A model generated the notes under the pieces. It was not told where the DNA came from, made no database searches, and saw nothing but the letters and a program-made list of their open reading frames with translations. A DNA stretch of 64,000 nucleotides from the NCBI RefSeq assembly GCF_009914755.1, contig NC_060947.1; one strand, given 5' to 3'. Of the stretch, positions 12,936-25,759 are shown piece after piece (position 1 is the stretch's first letter; every line of letters starts with the position of its first letter). Made by a program: the position numbers and the translations under genes. The stretch is from the human T2T-CHM13v2.0 reference genome, Homo sapiens.

Positions 12936-14421
12936 CACAGATGTGATACATGTTAACTGTAATACAAATGATGATGGTGAAATTTGTCTTCTGTATCACA
13001 TGGAGTCTTTTATTAAAAATGATGCAGCAGTTTCTTATAGGGAGGATCTTTTGTTAGTATGTAAAAACAAGTTTGGAGACGTATCTTATAGTGCATCTAT
13101 AATCCTTACAATTATTTCCAGAAAGAGAGATGGGGTCACATTTTTTCATTTCATTGATAAACCTACACATTGACCTCACTTTCCACCTTCCCACTATAAT
13201 CCAACTTTATATTTTCCTGGCCACCTCAAATACTTAGAAGATCTGCTTAACTTCTCTCTTACTTACCTTATAGCCTCCAACCTGGCTCCCTCAGAGGAGA
13301 AAAAGTGAATGAAAACTAAAATTTGTCTAGCAAGTTTCCTTAGACATTCTTATTTAATGCCCACCTGAACTTATGAGACAAATTACTTTTCCTGACTCAA
13401 TGTCAGACACCTAATCTATACAAGGTGGAAGATTGGAATGGGGTAATAGTAGATGCTCATAAATGTTACCCTTCCTCCCAGTGACTCCTTCCCCTAGGAA
13501 GCTTAACTACTGCCACATTCTAGTTATATGGAATCCTATGATTTAGAACAAGTGGATCATCCCTGTAGATCCTGTGGTGTCTTGGACCCTGTACTTACTC
13601 TGATAGCACAGAAAGATGATTCTTGGCTCTTACCAGGAAGCTTGAGAAACCTGTCTTGTACAGATAACTGGGAGAGAACAGGAGGAAAATATGAACAGTT
13701 AAATAGGATATTTATTGTTTGGATTTGGGGACAGGTTTTATTTTGATTTTACTAGCAGGATGATGAAATGTCTGCACGTTCAGTTGGCTAATAGCATTGG
13801 CTGAAATCCTACTTCATAGGGATTCTTTGACAGTTCGTAAGGGCAAGAGGAACATAGTTACTTTGCTTGGCAGTTACAGAGATACCTCTTCCCATAACCT
13901 GTCTGGAACTAGCTTTCTACTTCTAGTAGTTAAAGTCGGTCACTTGCAGATGTTTTCCATTGGTGACTATTGATTTAGACGTGCTGAGAGAGTGAGCAAA
14001 TGAACTGTTCTGAGTGTTTCCTAGGATACTTAGCAGGTCTGTGTAGATTTATCTCACACCTGACAACCGACTTTCATATTAGGAAATTGAGAGAGATTGT
14101 TGTGAGTAGATAAGATCATAGTTTAGGGGAAAATTTAAGGTTGAATGTAAACATGGCCTGTGGTTGCAGTATTAAATCAGCTCTTGCAGTATGTGGATCT
14201 GTGCTGAGACATGGAAAATGAACTTCGGGGTTCATGCAGTAAATAACGGAAAAATCCAGAGATGGAAAACATTTATTTTGACATTGGTCTCTTATTGTTT
14301 AAAAACAAAAAAACTAAGTCACTTATATCTTCTCATTTTAATTAATCCTATTACTGATATGATTCATTAACTTGCTTTCTTATTTGGAGTAAAAAATAAT
14401 GAGAAAACATTTCTTATAGAA

Positions 14422-14625
14422 GAGTGCTTCTCACCTTTTAATGGGCATATGAAGTGTCGGGAGATCTGGTTAAAATTCATTAAAAATATGTCAAAAGCAA
14501 TAACCCATGGATTTGGCAGATTCTGATTCAGTAGGTCTGGGGTGGAGCCTCCAATTCTGCATTTCTAACAAGCTCCTAGGTGAAGAAATACTGCTCATTC
14601 AAGATCCATACATTGAGGAACAAGG
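14422..14625. mobile_element. MER5-like hAT fossil
   Basis: gcagattctgattcagtaggtctggggtggagcc...tgcatttctaacaagctc. Confidence 0.75.
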
Positions 14626-15057
14626 TTTAGAGAGAACTATTTCGGCTCAGTTGTACTAATGCCAGGCAGCTATTTCCTTTTTCTGGTTTCTCCTACTGGT
14701 TGGAGTGGCCTTACCAAAAATAATGTGACCAAGTCTAAAATCTTCTAGAATGAAGTAGAAATCATACTTTAGAAAATATATTCAGCTTAAGTGTAGAATT
14801 GAAGTGCCCAGAAAAAAATCTATGCCAAACTGTTTTGCAGAATAAGAAAATAGCTCATTCTGCTTCTCTCTCAGTTGTATTATCAGGCTTGTGTTTCCAA
14901 ATTTTGAGCTTACATAACACTGGTGCTGATCTGGACCTCATTCTTTAGCCCCATCATCACTGCAGGGAGAAGATATAGTAATGATGGCCAGCCTGGTAAA
15001 CTGCTGTCTTAGCTGCTACCTTTTGGGAAAGTGTTAGAATATCCACATCTCTTCTCA

Positions 15058-15378
<321 letters not shown>

Positions 15379-15544
15379 TCACTAGTAAAAGTGAAATCAG
15401 TAAGCTTCTACTATGGGGAATCAAATTTCAAAACTCCCCATGAGTGATAATGTATTTCCTTTCCCACTCCTACCCTGGCCTTCAAATTTGCATCAGATAA
15501 CTAAGGAGTATAGTTTGTCAATTGCATTGAAAACATGTGTCACA

Positions 15545-15734
15545 CAAAGGGACCAACACACACTGGGGCCTATAGGAGGGTAGAGGGTGGGAGGAGGAAG
15601 AAGATCAGGAAAAACAACTATGGGTACTAGCCTTAATACTTGGGTGACAAAGTTATCTGTACAACAAACCCCGACGACACAAGTTTACCTATATAACAAA
15701 CTTGCACATGTACCCCTGAACTTAAAAAACGAAA
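15545..15734 (+). mobile_element. Short 5'-truncated L1 3' end (old L1PA/L1PB type)
   Basis: acaacaaacccc...gcacatgtacccctgaacttaaaa; TSD gaaaacatgt(g/c)tca at ~15529 and ~15735. Confidence 0.85.
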
Positions 15735-16138
15735 GAAAACATGTCTCAAAGCACTACTGGTAAGTTAATGCACCATTTTTTTTTCCTGCACACAGACTAC
15801 AAATGTATATAGATACCACTTAATAGAAGACACAGCATTGCCAGAATATTTTACAAGCTATAAGAAATGTTAAATTGTTAAATTTGAACTTAAAAAGGGA
15901 AAACATGGCTGGGTTTTTTTTTTCTTCAAATGTTATTAAAACTTAGTGTGCCATTCTTGGTAAACAAGAACCAGCTTTAATCTGTTTATTAAATTAATGT
16001 CTTTATTTTTCGCAGACTTTATACATTTTAGTTGAAGCCCTTTTCCAGAAAACTGGAAAAAGACCATGTCTTCCTAGCTGAATAAGTCAGTTCAGGACTC
16101 TAGGTTGATTTGGCCAGTTTCAAATAAATATACTTACA

Positions 16139-16141
<3 letters not shown>

Positions 16142-16182
<41 letters not shown>
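16142..16182. repeat. (TC)~20 microsatellite
   Basis: Perfect dinucleotide run. Confidence 0.97.
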
Positions 16183-16184
<2 letters not shown>

Positions 16185-16801
16185 AAAAGATGACCCTAGA
16201 ACATAGGTTTTCCCTATTTAAAAAATCCTAATGGTCTCATTAGGAAGAACCCTAAAACTCCATAAAGTTGGCAGATATTCAAACACTTCCCTCTAGCCAG
16301 ATGATTTCGGTTTGTTTATTCAAGATTTCATCATTCATTGTCAAAATGCTAGTAACTATGTTTATGATCCTGAGATTTCCTGTTCAAGGATGCGGAATGT
16401 CTTTTCAAGTCTACTTCTTTGTCTCTATAGTGTTTGCTTCATAGATCTTACAGATTTCTTGCTAAACTTAATCCTACTACAGAAACATTTGTCAATGAAA
16501 TTGTGTCTGGGATTGGCTTTAAATAGGATGGGATTTGGGGAGGTTCCAATGAAGCAAGATTGACCAAATGTTAATTTGTGATGTTAGGGGAAGGGTCATG
16601 TGTCTCTGTATTTTTGTGTATGTTTGAAACCTTTTCTTATTGTTTTAAGTTTGAAAAGAATGCTAATAAATCCCTAGAGTGAGTTGCAATTGTATTTGCT
16701 GAATTAAGGTTGAAGTGTATGTTGGGAGTGTTTCGAGTACACATAGCCCAGCTTGGCCTGAGTGAAAACATGTCTCCAAGACAGTGTCTTTCTCTTTCCA
16801 G

Positions 16802-16885
16802 GGTTGTTATGATCTGGTAACTAGTTTCATGGAGACTAACATGGGAATCATCGCTGGAGTGGCGTTTGGAATCGCATTCTCCCAG
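16802..16885 (+). CDS. TSPAN7: Tetraspanin-7 coding exon 6 (end of EC2, start of TM4)
   Basis: tctttctctttccag| ... |gtagcc; 84 nt encoding GCYDLVTSFMETNMGIIAGVAFGIAFSQ. Confidence 0.97.
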
Positions 16886-19800
16886 GTAGCCTACATAATT
16901 GTGCAGAACCTGGTCTAACCTTTCCTCTGCCTCCCTCCCTGGCCTCCAGATTCTCTGCCTGCCTTCCTGTGCTTTGGGAAAAGCTGATAGATGGGGTCAA
17001 AGCTCCTTGCTCATTAGTCCTCAGGTGATCTGTTTATTGATTTTTCTTTTTCAACTCAAATGAAGTTTTGTCATCAAGGGAATATCAGTTACAGTTAAAC
17101 TAATGACTAGCTCCAGAAAAACAACTGGCTACTTCTGTAGGTCAAATGGAGGTTAACTGAAGAACGTGCTGGCATAATTGGATCATAAACAACTCAAAAC
17201 ATCAAATGGCTGATCTGGATTTGGGGGAAGCTTTTTTCCTGATTGACCTAACCCTTTTTTGCTCTCTCTTAGTTCCTATGTATTACAGATGAGATCTCTC
17301 CCTTTAAAGAAAGCCTAAATTTAGCAAACTTCAACTTGTGATCATTATTTTAATTTCTAAGTTTGGCTATTCGTAACAGGTTTGACTATTCTTATGTGGT
17401 TTCTTAAGAGGAAATCAAATTTTGTGTATTAAATTTTATATCCCTTTATCTGTACCTACCCTCAAAAAAAACAATGGGAGAAGTACTATGCCAATTAAGT
17501 AAACCACACACACTGGAGGATAGAATAAGATTAAGCTAAATCTAAAATGTAGCCCACGTCCACCAGGCAGGGCATGGTCCCACAGGCTTCTGATCTCTCA
17601 GACAAATGATACATCCTTGCTATAATGTTGCTTTGGGTAGAAGAATCAACATGTATAGTTAACAAGCAAGAGCAAACTTTGTTTATGTTTAACTCAGACT
17701 TTGTTCAGACCAACAGATCATGTTTCAAACAAAGCTCGATTAATGTTGTCTGAGTAATGTCTCCACAGCTCTCATTTTTTATTATTTTTTTATTTCTTTT
17801 TATTTAGGACCTGGTGTCTACAACAAACCACAACTCTAATTTCTACATAGGCTATCTCAGACTCTAATTACTTTTTCCCTAGCCATCTGTATCTCTGGCC
17901 CTCCTGCTTAGCAATGCAGATGCACTTTAATTTTATTCCAGTTTGTTCCTAAAACTTTCTAATTGAAATGTGGAATATACAGAAAGGTGCATAAATTATG
18001 TTTACAGCTTAATAAGTTACCACAAAATGAACATAGCTGTGTAACCCTCGCTAAGATTAAGGAATAGAACTTTAGCCTGATGGTTTGTTTTTTACTAGAC
18101 AGCCTTAGAGAAGTAGAAGAGCTTTTCTTCTTAAGCAGTTACAAAACCTGTGAGACATTTTATCTCACAAGAGAACGTGGGCTCAGCCAACACAAATATG
18201 TTTCTTGTTGCAATTTCAAAACTATCTTTTACCATGCTTTGTTATTTTTTGTTTTTGTTTTGCAGCTCATGAAGTGAATTAAACCCTCAACCCTCCAACA
18301 CATAGACAAACCAGAGTGGGGTCACAAACAATGCAAATTAACTCAGTCTCCAGAGACATTTGAAAAGTCATTGCTACTCTGAAATTTCTTCTAGTTGCTA
18401 TAATATTTCAATAATAATACTCAGCAACATCACTCTAATGACTGAGGGACATTTTAGAGGATCCCCAAACCCTGGTGACTGATGCAAATGTGCAAGATGC
18501 ACTTGACAGCCTTGAACATCCTGTTTACTTAACATATGTATGTGTAGCATCATATTGTTAACATCAAAAGGGCGTCTTGTGTTTGGCATTTGAGGAGACC
18601 TGTCCCATTGGAGGAAAAAAAAATATTGCTGAAGTCTCCCCTAATAGCTATCGTAGAACCATAAAGGGAGATTATGCTGATACTGTACATTAGGAGAAGA
18701 GAGCCTCAAAGAACCTGGAATCTCATGAATGAAACACCTTATCATCCAAGAATATTCCCATGTGGCCATGAGCATGAGTGTGTGTGTGGTATTAAGAGGA
18801 TCCTATTTTCATTAATGAGATGAATCAAATCAAATGGATCCTTCTCCAAGTAATGAACCTGATTAATACCTCTCTTCCACTCTTCTCTCACACATCCCAA
18901 TGAAGAAATGTATGATTAGACAAATAATTATCTGGCCTGATTAATCTCTCTGTGCTACCTTAAAGAAATCTGTGATTTGTGAATTGTTGAATATGCACTG
19001 TGACCCTCTAGGCCAGTAAGAGAGCGGCTTTGGCCTTAAGGAACCCCAACTCTGAAACTCTCTGCAGTGAGTTTAAGTCTCATCAAGGTGCCACATAGTT
19101 GTTGGGGTGATAAAACACAAAGCCCAGTGGCATCATACCATGGTGCCCATACTGCTCACCCATGTGGCCAGGCAGGTCCAGCAGGGCAGAGACTTGAGAC
19201 CTGCTCCCAGGTTCAGGCAGGAAGAGAAATGGCTATGGCTGGCTTCTGCCAGCCAGATGCACCAGGAACTGCAGCTATTTATGGTGCTGTCAGCCTCAGG
19301 GGTCCTGAAAGCTGAAGTTGGCTTCCAGACGTCCATAGATCCAGGGCATCCCTGGGACAATGGTGGCCACTTACCAGATGCCTGTTCACAAAGAACCAGC
19401 CCTACTGATTCTGGTCAGTGACCTGGAACCAGACCTTTGGCTACATGTGTTCAGAAATTTTAGAGCCAATGTCATAGTAAAATTTAGCAAATGTTGGCTG
19501 ATATTGATGAACCAGTTGTGTTGGCCTATGCCTTAGCCTTCCTATAATAAAGAAGGCTCTACTAAGTTAGAGGCCACAGAGAGGACAAAGTAGGTAGGAA
19601 AGAACAGAGCTCGCTCTCTCTCTTCCTCCCTCCCACTTTTGCTCTCCTGCCCTCGACCTTTTTCTTGCCCTTTGCTTTGCTTGCTCTTGTGACCTCCGTG
19701 CTATCATCTTTTGGAAGAAACTGGCCATGCACATCTATTGTCTCAAAGATTAAAGGTGGTATAAAGTATTAGGAAAACTAAGCTGGGTCTAGCCTTTTAA

Positions 19801-20935
19801 TAGACTGGGCAAGAACTTTGTCCCCTGTTAGCTAACTTAGCTAATTGAAAGCTCCTGAGTGCTGTTTTTGAACAGCAGCAGGGTTGTGTCAAGCATTAAA
19901 CACTTCTCTCTACAAACGTCCATTACCTTTGCCCTCTCAAGGTAAACCTCATTTGTCTGGACTTGATGGGCAGGGTCTGCTGCCCTATAAATTTATAGCA
20001 GAAGGTTGAGTGTGTTTAGTAGGGTACCTCTTCGCTGCATCTTTGGCAACTGCTCTTTCACTCGAGGGCTTGTGGGGAGAGTGAGAGATGGAGCATGCAC
20101 GCACATCACCCCTGTCCTATCCCCACCCCCAAAATGGCCTGGAAGACAAGAGCCATGGGATGTCTGGGCATGGACATGTTTATTGTTCAATTTGTGACAT
20201 TGTGTATATGTACATATGCATGTGTGTCTGTGGTGGGGTGGTGGGGTGTCCTCTGGGCTTCTGTATTTAGTACTTCTGTGTCTAAATAGACCCAGGGCTT
20301 TGCTAGACTTGGAACCTGTTAGGCTGGATTAATTCCCCATATCACGTAATATTATAGTCCTGAGTAAAGACAGTAGAGCTGTTTTCCAGAAGGGGAGGGT
20401 TGAGTGACTCGCTTGAAGTTGGGCAGCTACTATAGATCCAGGATTATAATTCTGACCTCTTCACCTGGCTTGCTGTATTAACTTTTAAGGCCAGAGATCA
20501 CCCTTGTTCCTGCCACTGATAGCACCTGAAGGGAATTCATTTTGTGCTTTTATAACAAAAAGACTTCAGTCTGTGAAATTCAAAAGGAAAAGGTACTCAT
20601 AAGAAAACACAGACCCTATTACTACCCATCCATTTTCTAACCCTCACCCTCCTGTCTGGCCTCCTCCAGGGTCTAAATGCTGCTAAGGTGATTCATTATG
20701 TGCTGGTCATTCTTTTCTTTTGGGGGGCCCTTGAGAAGACCTGTTTACCTTTTCTATGTAGAGGGCAGGACAGAGCTGGGGCTATTCTTAGATAGGACAA
20801 GAGGGTACAACCTTAAGCTCTGAGAATTACCTGTGTAGCTTGGGGTGTATTCTTTAACCTCTCATAACCCTCAGTTTTCTTATCTGGAAAACTGAGATTG
20901 TAATATTGTACAGGTTGTGGTAAATATTCAGTACA

Positions 20936-21194
20936 GGCTAGGTACAGTGGCTCATGCCTGTAATCCCAGCACTTTGGGAGGCTGAGGCAGGCACATCACT
21001 TGAGCCCAGGAGTTCAAGACCAGCCCGGTCAACATGGCAAAACCCCATCTCTACTAAAAATACAAAAATTAGCTGAATGTGGTGGCGCACAAATGTAATC
21101 CCAGCTACTCAGGAGGCTGAGGCAGGAGAATCACTTCAACCTGGAAGGTGGAGGTTGTAGTGAGCCGAGATTGCACCACTGCACTCCAGCCTGG
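20936..21194 (+). mobile_element. Alu lacking its 3' end and tail
   Basis: Dimer stops at gcactccagcctgg; degenerate TSD atattca(g/a)ta(c/t)a. Confidence 0.9.
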
Positions 21195-21204
21195 ATATTC
21201 AATA

Positions 21205-21506
21205 TAGTCATCACTCCGTATCTGCAGGTTCTGTATCCATGGATTCAACCAACTATGGATTGAAAATAACAATACAACAAAAAATAATGCAAATAAAAGC
21301 AATATAGTATAGCAACTATTTACACAGCATTTACATTGTATTAGGTATTATGAGTAATCTTGAGACGACTTAAAATATAAAGGAGGATGTGCATGGGTTA
21401 TATGCAAATATTACACCATTTTGTATCAAGGACTTGAGCATCCTAGGATTTTGCTATCCTTGGGAAGTCCTGGAACCAATCTCCAACAGATACTAAGGGA
21501 TGACTG
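21205..21506 (-). mobile_element. MER2-like Tigger (TcMar) MITE
   Basis: Terminal inverted repeats tagtcatcactccgtatctg / cagatactaagggatgactg, flanked by TA. Confidence 0.82.
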
Positions 21507-22019
21507 TAATCTGTTCTACCTGAATGTGTTATATACCTCTGACACTTATTTGATTTTTGACATTATCAAGTGTGTTCTGGTGTTTGTTGGTTCTGGAAAA
21601 TGGAAGTTCTAATAAAAAAGACAAGCTATAAGGTTCAAGGTCGTTACACTCATATTTTAGTTTCTCATTTGGCAGAATATTCTAAAGGTTACAGCCATGG
21701 TATCTTCAGCCACTTGGCAGTAAGTGCATGCGACTATGTATTTTATGGCACCAAATGATGTTGGCCAGAGCCTTGGTAGGAGATAGAACGAGTCCAATAA
21801 GATGATGATGCCTCCTTACCTGAAAGCGGTTATAGTTTGCATATTTCACAGCACAATTTTAATTTGAAAAAGGAAGATAAGAGATGAGAACTGGAACCTG
21901 CATGGATAGGTTAAGAGCCAGGAGAATGGAGTTCAGGTGTTGCCCTGACCAACAGTGGGACCTGAAGTGGCAGCAGGTGTTTCACCTATAAGATAAGGGT
22001 GACTAGGTGGACTGGATGA

Positions 22020-22178
22020 GCAGTTCCCTGCCCTGGAAGACTTGTTAAAACACCAGTTACTGGGCCCCACCCCCCAGCATATCTGATTCAGCAGGTCTGG
22101 GGCGAGATCTGAGAATGTGCATTTCTAAAAAGATCCCAGGCGATCGTGATGCTCTTGGTCCTGGGGTCACACTTCTAG
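22020..22178. mobile_element. MER5A-like hAT fossil
   Basis: ctgggccccacccc...tctgattcagcaggtctgggg...tgcatttctaa. Confidence 0.75.
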
Positions 22179-23196
22179 TGAAACAGTTTATTCCCACCTC
22201 TGATCCAGTAAAACATGCCCAGTTATCTAAGGAGGAGGGACTACATTGGCCAAGAGAAAGCAGCCTGTAGACTCAAGTGCACAATTGGGCTCCTCTCTAA
22301 AGAATGCTGATCCTCCAGATTCATGAATGGAAATTTTCTTTTCTAATGAACAGAACAAGATGTGCTTAAGGGTGTCTTGAGAGTATCACAGTCATCTTTA
22401 TTAGATTCACTTGTGCCACAGTTTAGATCAAGGCACAAAGACAAGTGGAGGACTAGAATCTTCTGAGGAGGTGGAGGTACTACATCACTGGTGGTCCTGA
22501 GGCCCCTAAAAAAACTGGGAGGTGGGCCCTGGGTGTAGATGAGCCCACTTAGGCCTAAGATATCTACATGGCCGAGAGACAGAATATAAAGCCCCACTTT
22601 CCCCTAGCCCCTCCTACCTTTTCATAAGCCTTGGCTTTCTTACCTCACTGGTGAATGTGCCTGATCAAGAATAGTGTCTCTATTCTTGCCTCAAGGAAAG
22701 AACTATTATTTTGTCAGCTGGGTATGGCTGAGACATCATAGTATGCTGAGAAATCTTCCAAATGCATGTGCTATAGATGTGAATTAAATTTTAGCCTTCT
22801 AGTTAATATATCACTAAATTCTGTGTTCCTTAATTTTTTTATTACTCTCATAACATGAACAAATTTTAATACTCCTTAAGTGTCAAAAGTTGTTCTTAAA
22901 TGGCCAGAGTGAGCTACAGCTGCAACATGATGGCCAGTTTGAGAACTTCCAGTTGGCTCTGCAGTTAGACTCCCAACAGCTGAGATCCCATGGTTGAAAT
23001 CTGGTTTTATCTTTTGCTCTAGTGCCCTTTCCCCATTTACATACAGAAACACTTGGTTGTTAAAAAATTATGTCTAGTGATACGCATATGTCAAAAATCA
23101 CATACCCCATAAATATATAAAATTATTAATTAAATATTAAAAGGGTGTGGTTCGGTGACTTGAGATTCTCATTTTCGTTTTTCTCCCTGGCAACAG

Positions 23197-23265
23197 TTAA
23201 TTGGCATGCTGCTGGCCTGCTGTCTGTCCCGGTTCATCACGGCCAATCAGTATGAGATGGTGTAA
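23197..23265 (+). CDS. TSPAN7: Tetraspanin-7 last coding exon 7 (end of TM4, cytoplasmic tail YEMV, stop)
   Basis: ttctccctggcaacag| LIGMLLACCLSRFITANQYEMV then TAA at 23263-23265; the exon continues 7 nt to the donor AAG|gtaggt at 23272/23273. Confidence 0.96.
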   Translation, partial: LIGMLLACCLSRFITANQYEMV

Positions 23266-23536
23266 GGAGAAGGTAGGTGACAGTGGGGAGTGTTTAATTT
23301 TGAGGGGTCCCCTTTGGGACACTTACTACCCTTCAAATGTGCAGGAGTACTCCCTGGCCATTGAGCTACCTGATCTTGGTGGCACTTGTCCATGTTCAGA
23401 AATCTCATTTCTGTGGTTCTGGGAAGGAAGTATAATTGGTTCTTTTGTGGAAAATGTGGAAATGCTTTTTTCAGCTTGTTATCTTTCAAGTCCTTATTAC
23501 TGGTGAATCACTCACATGTTCTCATTTCTCTCTTAG

Positions 23537-24516
23537 TCTTTCAAGAATGACGGAATAAGAGACCTGTTTTAAAAAGGAACTGCAGCAATCTTTGAAAGAC
23601 TTCCAAAGAATGTTAGAGCACAGTACATAATACACTTGCCCTGCTCCCTCTACCCCTTACCCCACAACGTGCAACTGACACTCCCACCCAGTCTCTGCTC
23701 CACCTTTCAGCCCACGTCACGTGTAGTGTCCATTTTGTGAAGCCCTGTTGTGCCACAGAGTGTAGCCAGGTCCCCCTGCAGCTAGTCCTAGTGAACCTCA
23801 CCCCGAGGCCCTGCATGGGCCAGCCCCTCCATCTGTACTTGGTCCAACTGCAACTCATCATCGGTGACTGGTTATCACACCATCGCTGGCCCCTTTGGGC
23901 CCTGCATGTAGTGTGGGAGGCTCCTGTTAGCTCCTCACTGTGGTAAATGCCACACACCTTTAAGTAGATAAGCAGACGATAGTTATCTGTTCTTTTGACT
24001 TAATCTCATTTGGTTTGATTTTCCCTCTACTAAGGCTTTCCTACCTTCTTCAGGCTGCCTAAGACATGTAACGAAACACTTCAATAATTGTCCATGAGGA
24101 GAAAAAAAGCATGTGTCATGCATGAAGGAAACTGAACTTGAGGTGGCCTCCTTGCTTGTTACATACCTGGGTATGTGTAGGCAGTTTAGTGCATCTTTGC
24201 CTCTCAGTTGAAACCTGTATAACCCTGTTACAAAGCTGTGTTGTTGCTTCTTGTGAAGGCCATGATATTTTGTTTTTCCCCAATTAATTGCTATTGTGTT
24301 ATTTTACTACTTCTCTCTGTATTTTTTCTTGCATTGACATTATAGACATTGAGGACCTCATCCAAACAATTTAAAAATGAGTGTGAAGGGGGAACAAGTC
24401 AAAATATTTTTAAAAGATCTTCAAAAATAATGCCTCTGTCTAGCATGCCAACAAGAATGCATTGATATTGTGAACATTTGTGATATATGTATTAATAAAT
24501 AGAGCAATTACAAGCA
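23537..24516 (+). other. TSPAN7: TSPAN7 terminal exon 8 (3' UTR)
   Basis: Acceptor ctcatttctctcttag| at 23536; ~1 kb without recognisable repeats, ending after AATAAA; the cleavage position is approximate. Confidence 0.85.
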
Positions 24517-24545
24517 GCTGTGTTCTGGTTCTGTTCTTTGGTTCT
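24494..24545 (+). terminator. Polyadenylation signal with downstream GU-rich element
   Basis: AATAAA at 24494-24499, followed ~20 nt later by ctgtgttctggttctgttctttggttc. Confidence 0.85.
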
Positions 24546-25759
24546 TATGAAAGTTTTAAAACACATTTCTTTTCCATCTTGCTCTTCAGGACATCGCAGG
24601 CAGGTGGACCATCTCACACACTGACACACCTCTCCATGTGTGCTCCCACCCCACTAAAATAGCATCAGCAGCAGAGAAGCTAAAGGGTTAGGTTTTTTTA
24701 ATTATTGTTATGGACACTTCAGAAACTTTAACCATTTATCATGAACAGAATACATTGTTGTCTGTGGAAATAGAGCCTTCATATCATTTCAGGCCTCTGA
24801 AATCCTTGGGCCTGAAATCCGTGAAATAAATACAAAGATTTCAGCTGAGTTTTTAAAGTCTGGATTTCATTTTGTTAAAAAGGAAATGAGCCTCTATTCT
24901 TTCCTTCATCGCTTCTAATGAGCATGAATTCTCCTCTTTCCTCTTTCTTTTCTGTGTTGGATTGAAAAAACACGATCTAGAGAAGAGATTACATCCTACG
25001 ATTCAGCCATCCCAATGTCCCAGTTTGTACTGAAGTATGGAATGCTTACACTTGATTTAAAGAGCATTTTACCAATAGGTGCAGTGTATTATTTGCAATC
25101 CATTTCTTCTTGATGAGTCATCCAAAAAACAAAAACCTAGTAAAAGCATCAATTGATCTGTTACCAAAATGAGTGGATCTAAAAGGCTCCCTCTTCTCTA
25201 TAGCACAGACTGTAATTAGAATAGAGATGACTTTCTAACTGTATGCATTTATTAGCCTGATCTCTGCATAGAGTAAACCCTACTACAACATTGACAAAGG
25301 ACACTGCTTAAACCTTTAGTATACCCTCTTCAAAAGGTCAGCATTTTTAGTGAATTAAGGAGAGCTCTTCTATGGAAATATATGTAGCTCAAAATTTTTT
25401 CACATTTCTGTTTGTAATTTCTATTTCATTATATATCGAAATGAGGCTTTTCTGTAAAATCCTAAATAGAGCCCAACCCATGGTTTATCTTTTTGCAAAC
25501 TATGTGCTTATTGGTATACTTTGGTAAGTAAGAAATCTATATACTTTCTAAATTAAATTCAGATCTCAGAATAACATACTTTTAATGTGAAACATTTGGA
25601 CCAAGGTTGATTTTACTTTAAAACTATCAAGTGTTCATGTTTCAACTCTGAGTGACTTGTGTGTAATGTCCTTTCTTCTTTCAAAGGAAACTTAAAAGAC
25701 ACAAATTGAAATACTTTCTTGTTTTCTTTTATTATCTTCCCCTGCCCTTTTTTTGAAAT

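Noticed and set aside
19067-19421. Overlapping 75-104 aa ORFs in a GC-richer intron 6 patch
   Set aside because: No recognisable homology or convincing splice-site pair; the lengths are expected by chance.
23263-23272. Intron downstream of the stop codon as an NMD trigger
   Set aside because: The junction is only 7 nt after the stop, well inside the 50-55 nt rule, so NMD is not predicted.
24825-24830. Second AATAAA downstream of the main poly(A) site
   Set aside because: The hexamer is common in AT-rich DNA and its context is weaker than the 24494 site; it cannot be supported without 3'-end data.
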